From Octopus vulgaris (Eukaryota): a stretch of DNA of 64,000 bases. Location: contig OX597819.1 of the NCBI GenBank assembly GCA_951406725.2, forward strand, positions 81,344,001 to 81,408,000, read 5' to 3'. Shown in pieces: positions 12,944 to 25,417 of this stretch; the first letter of the stretch is position 1; every line of letters starts with the position of its first letter. The notes under the pieces were generated by a model. That model did not search any database, had not been told where the DNA came from, and saw only the letters and a list, made by a program, of their open reading frames with translations. Made by a program: the position numbers and the translations under genes.

Positions 12944-14145
12944 AAAACAGAAAATGGAAAAATACGAGAAATACTGATGAACAACGATTGACTTACATCA
13001 ATTATTATTTATTAATTCAATACAAATAGAGTGCATCCCATCTAACAGCTGTTTCTGTTTCCAATGTTGTAAGGTATTGCCATTGATATGCTAAAAGTAT
13101 TTATCATATTTGGTGATGAAACCGATCTGAAACGTAGAGTTTCATCGGAGTGGAGAATATGTGAAAAAAAAGAAGAGCCTAGAGAAGAAAAGGGAAAAGT
13201 GGAATATGGTTGTAATCATACCAATTTGCTTGTGCATCACTTTGAGACGTTAATTATAATGACTAAACTTAAAAAAGTATTTGGTGGAGTAAATCCTTTG
13301 TACAGCAGGAATAGGGTGGATATATAACAAAAATAAAAAAAAATAGTAGTGGGATACGCCAATATGTTTTAGTCGGAGAAGGGATGAAGATACAATAAAG
13401 TTTTAAATTGATCGTAATAATTTTTAATAATTATGTTTATAGTACTAATTAATAGTACTTATCAAAATAAAGTGCTAATCGATTAAATGTAATTTTTCAA
13501 TTACTAGTAGGTAGTTAAGCCCTTCCACCTGTTGTCAGAAGTGAGGTGGGCCAAGGTCCAACGTCGATATAACTGGTCAGTAGAAATTTCAAAACAAAAG
13601 ACCGTTATACGGGGTAAGATAAATAAATGAATGGGAAAATGGTATATGTTGCAAGGGGCCCTAAAATGCTTAGGACAGTAAAAAATGAAAAATTATAGAA
13701 TAAATATTATGAGAGAAACCTATTCGGATATTTAGGGAATAAGACGGTTGGGGGTGAAAATGGTCCAAAAGATTTTTTTTTTAAATAGGAATGTGAAATT
13801 AGTAAACACAAAAGAATATATTTAATAAGAAAATTAGGGAAATATTTATGGTTAAGGGGAGGTAATAACTAGGGTAAGTGACCTAAATTGAAGACTGCTG
13901 GTCGACCATCCAGTGCACCTAATCAGTGAGTTGGCTAGCCCATCAGACAAATAATTTCACAGCTAATTAGCTAAACAATCTATAAATCAGTCAGCGTAGT
14001 GGTCAATTAAATAAGTAAAGGTTACGTATCCCTAATAAACTTAAGGATTACAATTTACGGGTACATACCTATGCCAGTTTCAACAATTGGTCGCCCACCC
14101 ATGTGTTGATACACATAACAACAATATTAATAGCACGTAGATAAG
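12940..14145 (-). mobile_element. Probable PLE-derived fragment between (TA)n tracts with a degenerate hammerhead-like motif (13036-13154)
   Basis: Minus strand: ccact CCGATGA ...about 85 nt... GAAAC AGCT GTT agatgg. It shares the GAAACAGCTGT palindromic stem III with 41265-41396. Right boundary uncertain. Confidence 0.45.
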
Positions 14146-14151
14146 TATATA

Positions 14152-14193
<42 letters not shown>

Positions 14194-14338
14194 ATGCAGC
14201 ACGGATTTTTGTCAGTGAACAGGTCGCGGATTTTAGCGACGAAAATATTTTGACAAATTAAACTTAAATGTTGAAGTGAATCGAACGGTTTTTGTGTGTT
14301 TCTTAAATGGCTTACAAACACCTTCCACGCTGCAATTG

Positions 14339-14383
<45 letters not shown>

Positions 14384-14711
14384 TGCATACATATATGCTT
14401 AGACGACGTCATAAACCGTAAACAACACGAAATACGAAGACAAACTTGGGTATGCAAACAACGAGAGAAGCAAATGGAGGACATACACATTGTCTTCGAA
14501 ACATATGTCGGAAGTAAAAGAATTTGAATAACACCTGGGTTTAACTTCAGTTATATGTATATGTAAATATATGTATATATATATATGTATGTAAGTGTAT
14601 ATATATATATATATATGTATATATATACATATATATATATACATATATATATATACATATACATATATATATATATATATGCATACATATATATATGCAT
14701 ACATTTATATA

Positions 14712-14763
<52 letters not shown>

Positions 14764-15449
14764 TATAGATATATACACATATACTTAGTGTGTATTTTCT
14801 CATTTTATTTAATAATTGAACACCACGCAGCCTTTGTCAACAGTAAGTTTTTACATTTATATATAAATTCTGCAACTCTGTTCCCTGCCTATTTTCTTTC
14901 TTTTTCTCTATCCCTCTATAGTCCTCTGCATTTCTTTTTCTCCCCCTCCTTTGCTGTCGTTTATCTGTCTTTCGTTCATTCTCTATCTTTCTTTCCTTCT
15001 CGCTTCTCCTCACTCCCAATATTTCTTACCCTCATCCTCTGTCTTGTCCCCTTCTCACTATACCTGTTGCTCACATGTTACTACAGGCTATTTTTCTCGT
15101 CACTGTTTTTTTTTTCTGGATGAGACGTCTAGATAGCTGGACGTCATGCCTCTCGCCTCTCGATATCTTTTTCTCTTCTATTTATTCTATATCCTTTCAA
15201 AATTTCTCCCAGGCGTTACCCATTACAATTCATCTTGGCCTAACAGCCCTAAATATGTCTGTGTCGATCATTTCCTTACGGCCATTCTGGCGTTGTTTGT
15301 TTGTTCGAAGTTCTAACTCACCGCAGATTTTGTATTTTCAAAATTTTTGGATGCTACTGTCTTACGAAGTCTCGGTGATATCCTGTACTTAATGTCTACT
15401 TTTTCATTTATATATACGCGCGCGCGCACAAACACACACACATAGGACT

Positions 15450-15575
15450 TGATGTAGGGAGTGAGCTTATGTGTACACAAACATTTGATCGCTATGAACC
15501 AAACATCTATGTGGTTGTTGGGCAAGAAATTGCCGAACCTTCATAAGTCGTCTAACAACGGGAGAGATCGTATTG
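15450..15575 (+). mobile_element. Interspersed repeat end; second copy at 61035-61160(-)
   Basis: ggagtgagcttatgtg.acacaaacatttgatcgc.at.aac.aa.catct.tgtggttgtt...gtcgtctaac.acgggagag is present in both places. Confidence 0.7.
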
Positions 15576-15619
15576 TATACACACGCATATACATGTATAT
15601 ATACATGAGTAAAATATGT

Positions 15620-15656
<37 letters not shown>

Positions 15657-15810
15657 CATGCACATACATATATATTTATATACACACATATATATGTATG
15701 TATGCATATATGTATATAGGCACACATAAATATACACAAATATATTATGTGTATATTTATGCATTTATTATGTATGATATATATAATGTGTACACAGAGA
15801 GAGAGATAGG

Positions 15811-15892
<82 letters not shown>

Positions 15893-15917
15893 TGCATATA
15901 TATATATTTATATTATA

Positions 15918-15946
<29 letters not shown>

Positions 15947-15956
<10 letters not shown>

Positions 15957-16138
15957 GGAGCTTCTACAGGACTAGAACTGTTTCATTCAAGAGAAATCTT
16001 CAGGAAGCTCTGAAGATTTCTCTTGAATGAAACAGTTCTAGTCCTGTAGAAGCTCCTTCTATATAATAAATTAATTTTACTCTGCTATGTATTGAGTACC
16101 TTATTTACTGTGGTTAACCCCGAATCAACCCGGGACCT

Positions 16139-16141
<3 letters not shown>
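15947..16141. mobile_element. PLE-type mini-insertion in (TA)n: perfect hairpin (15947-16003 / 16010-16065) plus unique 3' tail
   Basis: Arms are exact reverse complements around the loop gaagct. Confidence 0.8.
15959..16009 (-). ncRNA. Type I hammerhead ribozyme motif
   Basis: Minus strand: agcttc CTGAAGA tttc-tctt-gaat GAAACAG ttctagtc CTGTA gaagct. 6-bp stem I, GUA cleavage triplet. Confidence 0.8.
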
Positions 16142-16192
<51 letters not shown>

Positions 16193-16211
16193 GTTTCAAA
16201 TTCACTACAGA

Positions 16212-16244
<33 letters not shown>

Positions 16245-16576
16245 TGTATGTATGTATGTATGTATGTATGTATGTATGTATGTATGTATGTATGTATGTA
16301 TGTATATCCATTTATCTGTATGTATATATGCATATTTGTATCTAGCTATCTATCTATCCGTCTATCTATCTGCGGGTGAGTATGAATATGTGTGTGTTTG
16401 CATGTGTATGTGCGTCCGTGTATGCGAGTGTGCGTGTGTTTACGAGTACACGCACACACGTACACATACACGCACACACGTACTCACAACTATACGTACA
16501 TGCACACACGCACATACACACACGCACATGCACAGACACGCACGCGCACACACGCAGAGGAATGTATATATAACAC

Positions 16577-16650
<74 letters not shown>

Positions 16651-16699
16651 ACACGCATTCATAGATTGAATTTTAATTTGGACCAACATGTTGAGAAAG

Positions 16700-16862
16700 G
16701 GGTATATTGCTATCATTGCTCAACTGGTATTTATTTTATCGATGCTGTAAGGATGAAAGGTAACGTCGACTTCCGAAATATTTGAACTCGGAACATAAAG
16801 ACAAACGAAATGCCGCTAAGCATTTTGCCCTTCGTGCTAACGATTCTGAAGCTCACTGCCTT
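16700..16862 (-). mobile_element. SINE family B copy (diverged)
   Basis: Reverse complement of the consensus. Confidence 0.75.
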
Positions 16863-17005
16863 ATATGCATACTTATATACATACATATATGTATCTTTGT
16901 ATACGCGTTTGTACATGTATATACAAATGAAGTCTTTGTGTGGATACTGGACAATATATGAATAATGAAAAGAAAAATTAGAAGCAATGTATATATGTAT
17001 GCGTG

Positions 17006-17037
<32 letters not shown>

Positions 17038-17408
17038 AATGTGTACACTCACACGCACACAGTTAGATAGATAGATAGATTTGAAATTTTGTTAAGTATA
17101 TGAGATAATGTCCTGCTTAGTCCTTTTATCTTAATTTTTTTACTTACGTTGTTATCTAGCTTTGGAGTGTCCATTTTCCCTGTCTTTATTACTCCTTTCC
17201 CTTGTAGAATCTTTCTTTGACTCAATTGGTCCAGTGAAGCTAGCAATTCAGTGCTCAGACCTCCTGAATTTGCTATTAACTGAATTTGGTAATGAAATGA
17301 TGAAAGATTTATATACCTCCTCCTACTTTTCAATCTTTACTTATCCATGTCCTATTTGTTTGGCGTGTTCCCTGCTTTACATCTTTCCATATATATTTAT
17401 ACATATAC

Positions 17409-17439
<31 letters not shown>

Positions 17440-17474
17440 TGTATGTATGTATGTATGTATGTATGTATGTATGT

Positions 17475-18018
17475 CAGGTCACTTTCGAGTGCTACTGGTA
17501 ACATGTAACCCAGTACAACCTGTTGCATAGTCGGGTCATCGGCGACTAAACCGGCAACCCCACCAAGCTTGCTTGGTGAGGAGGGTGTTTATTGGACACC
17601 CTGCGGGATGAAAAACAAAACCCATCAAAGGGCGGAGGAACTCTTGAGAGTCAACGGCCATCCAATAAGGCCGTATCATGCGCGGGGACATAGAAATAAT
17701 CGGACTGAATACCCGATCGCGCGGTTAAACCATTAGGAGTGAAGGACTCCTAGCATTTGTTAGGGCATCCTTCTAGAAGAAGGTAACTCAGGTAACTAGG
17801 ATAACTCTGACATAAAACATGTGGTTCAGTGGTTACCGATGATGTTGACTTGTTCTTCTTTTCGGATTATGACTGCTGTTGCTTAGTGAGTGGGATTGAC
17901 TCAGTGCACAGCCTTTCCTCACTTTAAAAAGAAATCTTCTTCCACAGGCATTGCACGAAAACAACATTGATTAAGCTTCGTGCAATGGCCATACTCGATA
18001 ACGAGGGGGCAGCCACCA
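17475..18018 (+). mobile_element. GC-richer non-coding repeat in (ATGT)n, resembling an RTE-type 5' UTR or non-autonomous derivative
   Basis: Sharp compositional boundaries between (ATGT)n flanks; gggcatccttctagaagaaggtaactc...ctctgacataaaac resembles RTE 5' UTR motifs. Confidence 0.4.
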
Positions 18019-18939
18019 TGTATGTATATAAACAATTCGACGGTGTCAAGCTGGCTGAAACGTTGAGGTCACTGTCACCGTTCTTGAAAATGAATGATAT
18101 ATATGTATTGCGTAATTCTTCAGTTTAATATCAAATCCTTTTTATCATAACTTGACATAAAAACTAACATTTGTATGTACATATATATATATATTGTCAC
18201 TTCAATGTTCCTGCTATAATCATCCCACAGTCTTCCAACGATTAGACTACATAAACTAGCGTATTCCTTGCTTTCTAAGCTGTAATTTGAAGGAGATTTG
18301 GTTCTTTTTTCGAGCAAGTCATGCAATCAAGTTGAAGCTCCTTCAGTGGTTCATGTAAATCTGGATGAGAATTTTTGCTGGTAGAAAAATATCTTTTATG
18401 TAATTCCTGCCTATCACACAGTCTTGAAATCCACGAATCATTTCGAAAGTATTTTCTGCTTAAAAATTTTGGAAAACGTGATCTGGCTAAATTTTCTTCG
18501 TAACGATATTGATCGTTTATATATTTTCGACTTTAATCGAATCATATTTGTGAGTATCTATATGAAAAAAATTATTATTATTTCCTTTATTTAATCTTCA
18601 TTGATTTATGTGTAAGGGGAAAATAAAGAGACCATTTAAGATATTTTTTATTTATCCATGATCTTTGTGGTTTTCCTCACTGTTTACAATTTTGTTCCAA
18701 TTGTTTTCAAATTTGGTATATGGATTAAGTTTTGTATACTAATTATGAAAATGAAATTTATTTTTCCTGTAAATCCATAATTAAAACGTTATTAGCCTTT
18801 AAAATTTGCAAAATTTAGGTATTTTACCCAATCAGAAGCGAGTATTTTACACGTCACCATGGCGCAAAACTCTGTTTCCATAGTAACCAAAGATGCTGCG
18901 CATGCGAATAAGGAGTATAATCACCAAATTGTGTGTAAT

Positions 18940-19065
18940 CACCAAATTGAGAGTAGCTGGGCATCTTTAAAGCGTGGAAACAAACGCCGGTTGACTCTTT
19001 GTGAATTTATGTGGAGAAGATGAAAAAGATAATTTATTTTATAATATCCTAGAGTGTAATAGAAA
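18940..19065 (+). mobile_element. Merlin/IS1595-like transposase C-terminal remnant within a deleted element (about 18440-19450)
   Basis: QIESSWASLKRGNKRR..LCEFMWRR*, then in a shifted frame NLFYNILEC. Matches the IES.W..KR / L.EF.WRR signature. Confidence 0.6.
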
Positions 19066-20870
19066 CTTTCGGTTTTGAATTTTTTAACTAATAAATGTCT
19101 GTTTTAAGCAATGTTTTGACTGTTATTTCTAGCAACTCCTGTTGGTTTGCTAGTAGCTTTTAAATATTTAATTTGCTCGCGAATCTTTCAAAGTTGTTCA
19201 CCGTTTACTGTAGCTAGTTTAATGTATTGACATGCCGGTGCCCACACCCAGCCTCCTTTCTCACTCACTACTATGACAGATGATGGAAGAAGCAGAGAAC
19301 GCGCTGTTTACTGATTGACTGAAAATTCTGAAAATTGTCAAACTTCGAACACCTGTAACATTTTTGCAAAATTTTTCAGGAATAAATGAATAACAAATTC
19401 GGATTCAGCATCAAATATTACATCAATATAATACATTAGAAAATATTTTTTAAGGATAATTGTAAACAGTGACGAAAACCACAAAGATCCTAAAGTTGAC
19501 TAACTCTAACTAGATTTGAACCGAAAATAGTAAGATATCGAACTAGCGTGGTAATTTCAATTTCCTGCTGAAGCACATTCAGTTTTTGTCACTATCACCT
19601 CTGTCTGAGTGGACATCAACACTCAGCAACTGTTTATAATGCTAACAAGATCGCTGTTTTTAGCAAAGGAATATATAGAAAATTGTAGCATAAATGCTAT
19701 TTGCAAAGTTCTTATTACCGATGCAACAGAAATTTGAAAGCGTTGAGGGAGAAGTGAAACTGGTTCGTAAATTTCGTTCTCTAGGTGTTTACTCCTACTC
19801 CTACCTGACGATGCTTAATTCAGTTGCCAAACAGTTTCAATTCAGTTTCTATATAATTCTGAGGATATTTGTGCCAACGTAAACAATTACCATAAATAAT
19901 ATAATCACATATTTTACACCGAATATCAAGAATTGTGTTATTTTTACCCCTCCGAAAACTAATAAGAAAAACATTACCAACGAATGTAGTGAATCTATTT
20001 ATTTAAGACACCGAGTTTACAGTACGACTTCACAACTGACCCGAAATTAAAAAGGAAATTATATTCTATACAGTCTTCTGTAATTCCTGAAAGACAATAA
20101 ATTCAAGCATTTGTACAGCATATTCTCTCAAATTCGATCAAGGCATCAAATAAATTCACCATTCTCTTCACTGAGCAAAGTGAGTATTTTCTAAATAGAT
20201 TTTCTACGGAAGGCTTAGCGTGGCGGGTATTTTTATATTTCGCATTTATAACGTCTCTAAATAATGCTGTATGTTTATCTGGGCTTGTCATAATCTCGAA
20301 TCTACTCTGTTTTTATGTGACGCCATTGTTAAAATACGAGTGTTGAAACGAATTGAAAACAAGACTTCAGTGACTTTGTCAAAGAAGTTGTGGTATCTAC
20401 CAATCTTTTGCAAAATTTATGTAATAGGATCTAGAATCTATTTTGTTTAAAACTGAAATGCAGGATCTCTGCGTAAGTTTTACAATGCAGAACGTGATTG
20501 CTTTCAGATCCCCAGGTGGAGGGTGTTCTGTCAACATTGTGTTTTCAGAGAGCAACCCGTCAAATATACCCACGGGTTTCTTTCTCTTTTATTCTTCTAG
20601 TTCAGCATCGAAGTACCAGCTGCGTCTTAGCCCTTTTGCAGATGTTGATTACGCGTGGAGATGACTTTATGATTCAGCTTTTACTTCAACGTAACTACAG
20701 TAAAGAGAGTAATTGAGAAACACACTAACGACATTGTTGATAAGATGATGATGATGATAACGACGATTATGGTGATACATAACATCGAGTGTGGATATTT
20801 TAATGATGGCAATATTACAGCAAACCATTACTTTAAGTCTGTAGCCATTCTCTCTCTCTTTCTCTCTTCT

Positions 20871-20904
<34 letters not shown>

Positions 20905-21935
20905 CCTCTGTGTAACTTTAGTAAAAGTGAGACGAATAGTTGCGTTATTTGAAATGTAATACACTGGCTGACAACTAAACTACTATTGCTGTCAAACTAT
21001 ATACATTATTTCATTCAAACTGATGAGCAAGCACTGGAATAGCTTAAAATAAAGATTTCTTAAATCACTCACGTGATCAATTGTTGGTGAGAAAGGGACC
21101 AGTCGATTGAATCGTTTCTTTCTTTCTTTTTTTACTTAGTTTCTTCTTGTCAGAGGTACGAAAAACAAAATTGTATAAACTTCGAGGTTCTTTCCCTCCT
21201 TAATGGTATTGGCAAAAGACAAGGAAAGAAATCAATTTAAATTTGGATTGAAAATTTGTCACAATCTTCGTTTCTCAGGAGCTCTATGTTGATCACCTTC
21301 AACCAGAACGTCTCAGTAGTACCATAAGGACCTGGCTAGACCAATACGCGGGGTCCTATAGTATTTATTGACTGACAACAAAGTAAAGCATACGTAGTTT
21401 AGAACTGGTGCCCTAGAGTCATGATATCCCCGAGCAATTGCCCAGGGTATCCATGCCTGAAGATACCTTTGAGACCATAATATATTAATGGTTTCTTCAT
21501 AAGATTCAATGCTAACTATTAACCATATAACATTTTATTGATAATTCTTGACGCTTCAGATACTACACTCTAACTGAAAAACAAAAACGATGAAATTGAA
21601 AACATGTGTGAGCTTTAAACTTGATTCTTTACCCATAAACAAAATTATTGCATACAAGCGATTGTAATGTCTGGAAATTTTTACATTTAATCACTTATGT
21701 ATATTTATAAGAAAATTTACTGTTTTAAATCAAGTTTCTTCCTATTTTGTTATAAAAAGCTGGAGCACGTCAAAATATAATTTCTTGTATCTTCTGCACG
21801 TCGATAATTAATGCGTTACTGAGTAGATCGAATTGAGCTCAATGTATCACGGACACTTAATCAATTCCTATCGTGTATGTATGTATGCATACATACATGC
21901 ATACAAACATACATACTATCTATCTGTCTATCTAT

Positions 21936-21985
<50 letters not shown>

Positions 21986-22449
21986 CAGTGAGTTTGTATG
22001 TATGTGCTTGTGTGTGCATGTTCGAAAACTGAGTTGCTGATTTTGATGTATGGGATATCAAAAGATTCCTTAATCTTTCAGCTACCAAATAAACTTTATT
22101 TTCATTTACATATATTCAATATTTTCTCAACAGCCAGCAATAATTATTTTAAATACACTGCTCTACAACGACAAGGTTTCATTAGAGAGTGGAATAGTTT
22201 CCCACTTTCCATTTAACCTAAAATTATAAAGTTTTGCATTACGAGCGTGATGATGTGTGAATAATGAAAGTAGTGTTTCTCCGAATTAGTCACATCTGTA
22301 CTATAATAAAGAAAGCTGCTAATCAACTATCTAACAAATAAACTATGTTTTTGGCACAACTCTTTTTTTTACCATGAAAATAACCTCGAAAACGAGGTCG
22401 GGTCACATAATTTTGCGGTCATTTTCGGACAATATTTCGATTTGCTTCT

Positions 22450-22719
22450 AATGTTTCACTTTCGTCTGATGTTTCACGCATGCGCAGAATTTTACTCAGA
22501 CATTTATGAAAATGCACACATAAATATTGTATTAAAATAAGCCACAACCAACAACAATTTCATGAAAAGAAGTCCATTTCTTTAGATGTTATGAGGAAAT
22601 GCAGTCACTCACTCCCTCACTCTCTATCTATCTATCTATCTCTCACATGTACACGCAAACATACATACAAAAAAGATGTATGCATATATATATATTTATG
22701 TACGTGTATATGAAATATA

Positions 22720-22765
<46 letters not shown>

Positions 22766-23841
22766 GTGAGTGCCACTTACACATACATGCAAAAATACAT
22801 ACATGACATACACTTCCACTTTCTCTCTCACTCTCTCACTCTCTCATGCACACTTACAAACGCGCGCACACACACAAACACACACACACGTCCATTTCTC
22901 CATTTCATATACACGCACATACAACCTTCACTTTCTCTTCTCTTGCACTTTCTGTTCTAACTTCAAAGCAAATGTCACCTTTTCACTTTCTCCTCTCTTC
23001 CAATGTCACCTCTTCAAAGCATAAAGAAATGAATCTTTTTTACAGAAATTAACGAACAATGATATGATCCCATATGATCGAGTTGACAACTTTGCTGCTT
23101 CAAACGAACGAATGCTTTCGGCACACTACTCACACACACGCGCGCGCTCGCAAGCGTACGCACGTGCGTGCGCTCTGGGTAAAAACTTCTGTACAAATTG
23201 TGTTATTTTTTGTTGTGTGCGTGCGCAAAATTACAGCTCAAATCCGAGTGAAATAACCTTTTTCTATTCTGTAATTTGTGTTTGTGATAAGCATATTTAA
23301 AAACCTGATCTTCGGTATAAACTTAAAAGGAGGTTTTCCCAGAAATCCTTCATTTACATGTTGTTTCTAGCATGTCCAAGGTGACATTTGCGCCTCACCC
23401 GTTATTTTCTCCTAAATTTCTTCTGATTCCTATGTTTTCGATACAGGAAATTAGGATTTCTCCCCCAAAATAATATTTTAATTTTCTCCCTCCCCACCAA
23501 AATCTCGTCATTTTTAAACTTTTTTCCGTATTGTTTTCTTGGTAAGCCACGGAGAAAAAACAGAGTACGAAACTTTAAAATTTTTCTTCTTCCTGTTTTC
23601 TTAAAGGAACACTAAAAACCCCTTCCCAAACATCACCCATCACCTCAACACTTTCAAAATGCTACAAATTCCCAATGTTTCACTTTTAGCTTTTTTGGAA
23701 AGCGGGGAGGTTTCTTCAGAAATAATGTTTATCTGTTGTTTCTAGCATGTTGGGTTTTCTGGTGGTGGTCTGGTATTTTTACGTCTGCTGTTTCAGTACA
23801 ATTCTACGTATGCGTGAAACATCAGACGAAAGTGAAGCATT
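22450..23841. repeat. 42-bp inverted repeat pair (22450-22491 / 23800-23841), likely parts of non-autonomous DNA elements
   Basis: aatgtttcactttcgtctgatgtttcacgcatgcgcagaatt versus reverse complement aatgcttcactttcgtctgatgtttcacgcatacgtagaatt. Confidence 0.75.
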
Positions 23842-24409
23842 GGATTATTTTAACCTTTTGAAAGCGGGTAGGTGATGGGTGGGCGACGTGGAGGAAAAAG
23901 CATTGAGTGCTTTTTTATGAAAAATTAAACTTTAGTGTATATATATATATATATATATATATAATGAGGGAGATTAATTGAATATTAATTTAATTAATAT
24001 CAATTTAAAACCAGTAGCCTAGCATATATAAAAAATCTGATTTTTCTAATTTTAGATATATATATATATATATATATATATATTTCCCAGCTTCGTAATC
24101 TCTGAATTTTTCTACGCAAAAAAAAAAAATTTCTAAAAGTGACAAATTGAGAAATTGCGGTTGGGACGGTGTGGGGGAAATTTTGAAAACGTGATTTCTG
24201 GGCAAAATCGCGTTAACCCCCTTTTATACGATGAAACAGTACATAGTTTGTGATCCTTCTTAAAAACAGAAAGCCTTTTCATGTACCGTCTCCTCTTCAC
24301 ATTTAGACAAACAATAACATCCATTACGCCAGTAATCCAGTTCACTATATATCAGCTGTGCCGATTCTGCCCCCAAGAGAGGAACAAATAATACGATATG
24401 CCTATATGT

Positions 24410-24445
24410 CATAATACCCGAGCAACGCCGGGATGCATTGCTAGT
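24410..24445 (+). mobile_element. Helitron-like 3' terminus; second copy at 56048-56080
   Basis: aatacccgagcaacgccggg hairpin followed by CTAG|T in both copies. Confidence 0.65.
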
Positions 24446-24476
<31 letters not shown>

Positions 24477-25294
24477 TGTGTTTCCGTGTATACACGCTCA
24501 CACACGACCCACATCAGATTCTTCACTCATACTGTTATTGAGCCGAAAGTCTAACAGCGGTCCTTCCATAGCACTTTCATGCTTTTTGGATCTTCTGGAT
24601 ACCAAAATCTCACATATTATATATACAGGCCTACCTCACTCTACGTCGTTAATTGGTTTCAGGAGACACGATTTAAGTTGGATTAACTTGTCTCTAGGTT
24701 AGGCTAGGCCGAATTTACTTGTCTCTAATCTAAACCGATAATAACCATTCCCAACCCTGTACTTTATTTATGAATACATTTTCAATAGTACATGGTTAAT
24801 AAAAACCTATTTTTTGCTTACAAATAGTTTCTTTTTTTACTTTTTAATACAGTACAGCAAAAAAAAAATTAATTTACCTAAATTTGCGGAAACAATTTGG
24901 CAGTGTTTACCGGGAATCGTGGACACTTTATTTATGAATGCGGTTTACAGTAAGACATGGTAAAATAAAAGCCCTTTCTAAGCTTGAAAAACAAATTCAG
25001 TAATTATTATTATTTCGTAATAGTAAAAGGAACTAAATTCTTTTAAATTTACCAATACGTACATACAACTTGGTAATTTCAGGATTTCGTTCACTAAGCT
25101 ACTTTATGGTGTGTATCTTAACATACACTGTACGTATTTTAATATGATTTTATATGCTTTTATTTTTATTTATTGTACAGTAACATGATTTTATGTGCTT
25201 TTAACGGTTTTCTTATGATTTTACGATTCCAATATTTGTGGCGGACAGACGTCGAGTAAAATGACGTGACTTTTATTTTTCCATATATTATTTT

Positions 25295-25353
25295 TGAAAA
25301 CCGACGTATAATCGAGGACGACTTAAATCGAAACGACTGAAGTCGAGATATAC

Positions 25354-25358
<5 letters not shown>
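25295..25358 (-). mobile_element. Possible Tigger/pogo-like MITE terminal repeat
   Basis: Reverse complement cagaggtatatctcgactt with repeated cgactta/cgacgta subterminal motifs. Confidence 0.35.
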
Positions 25359-25417
<59 letters not shown>

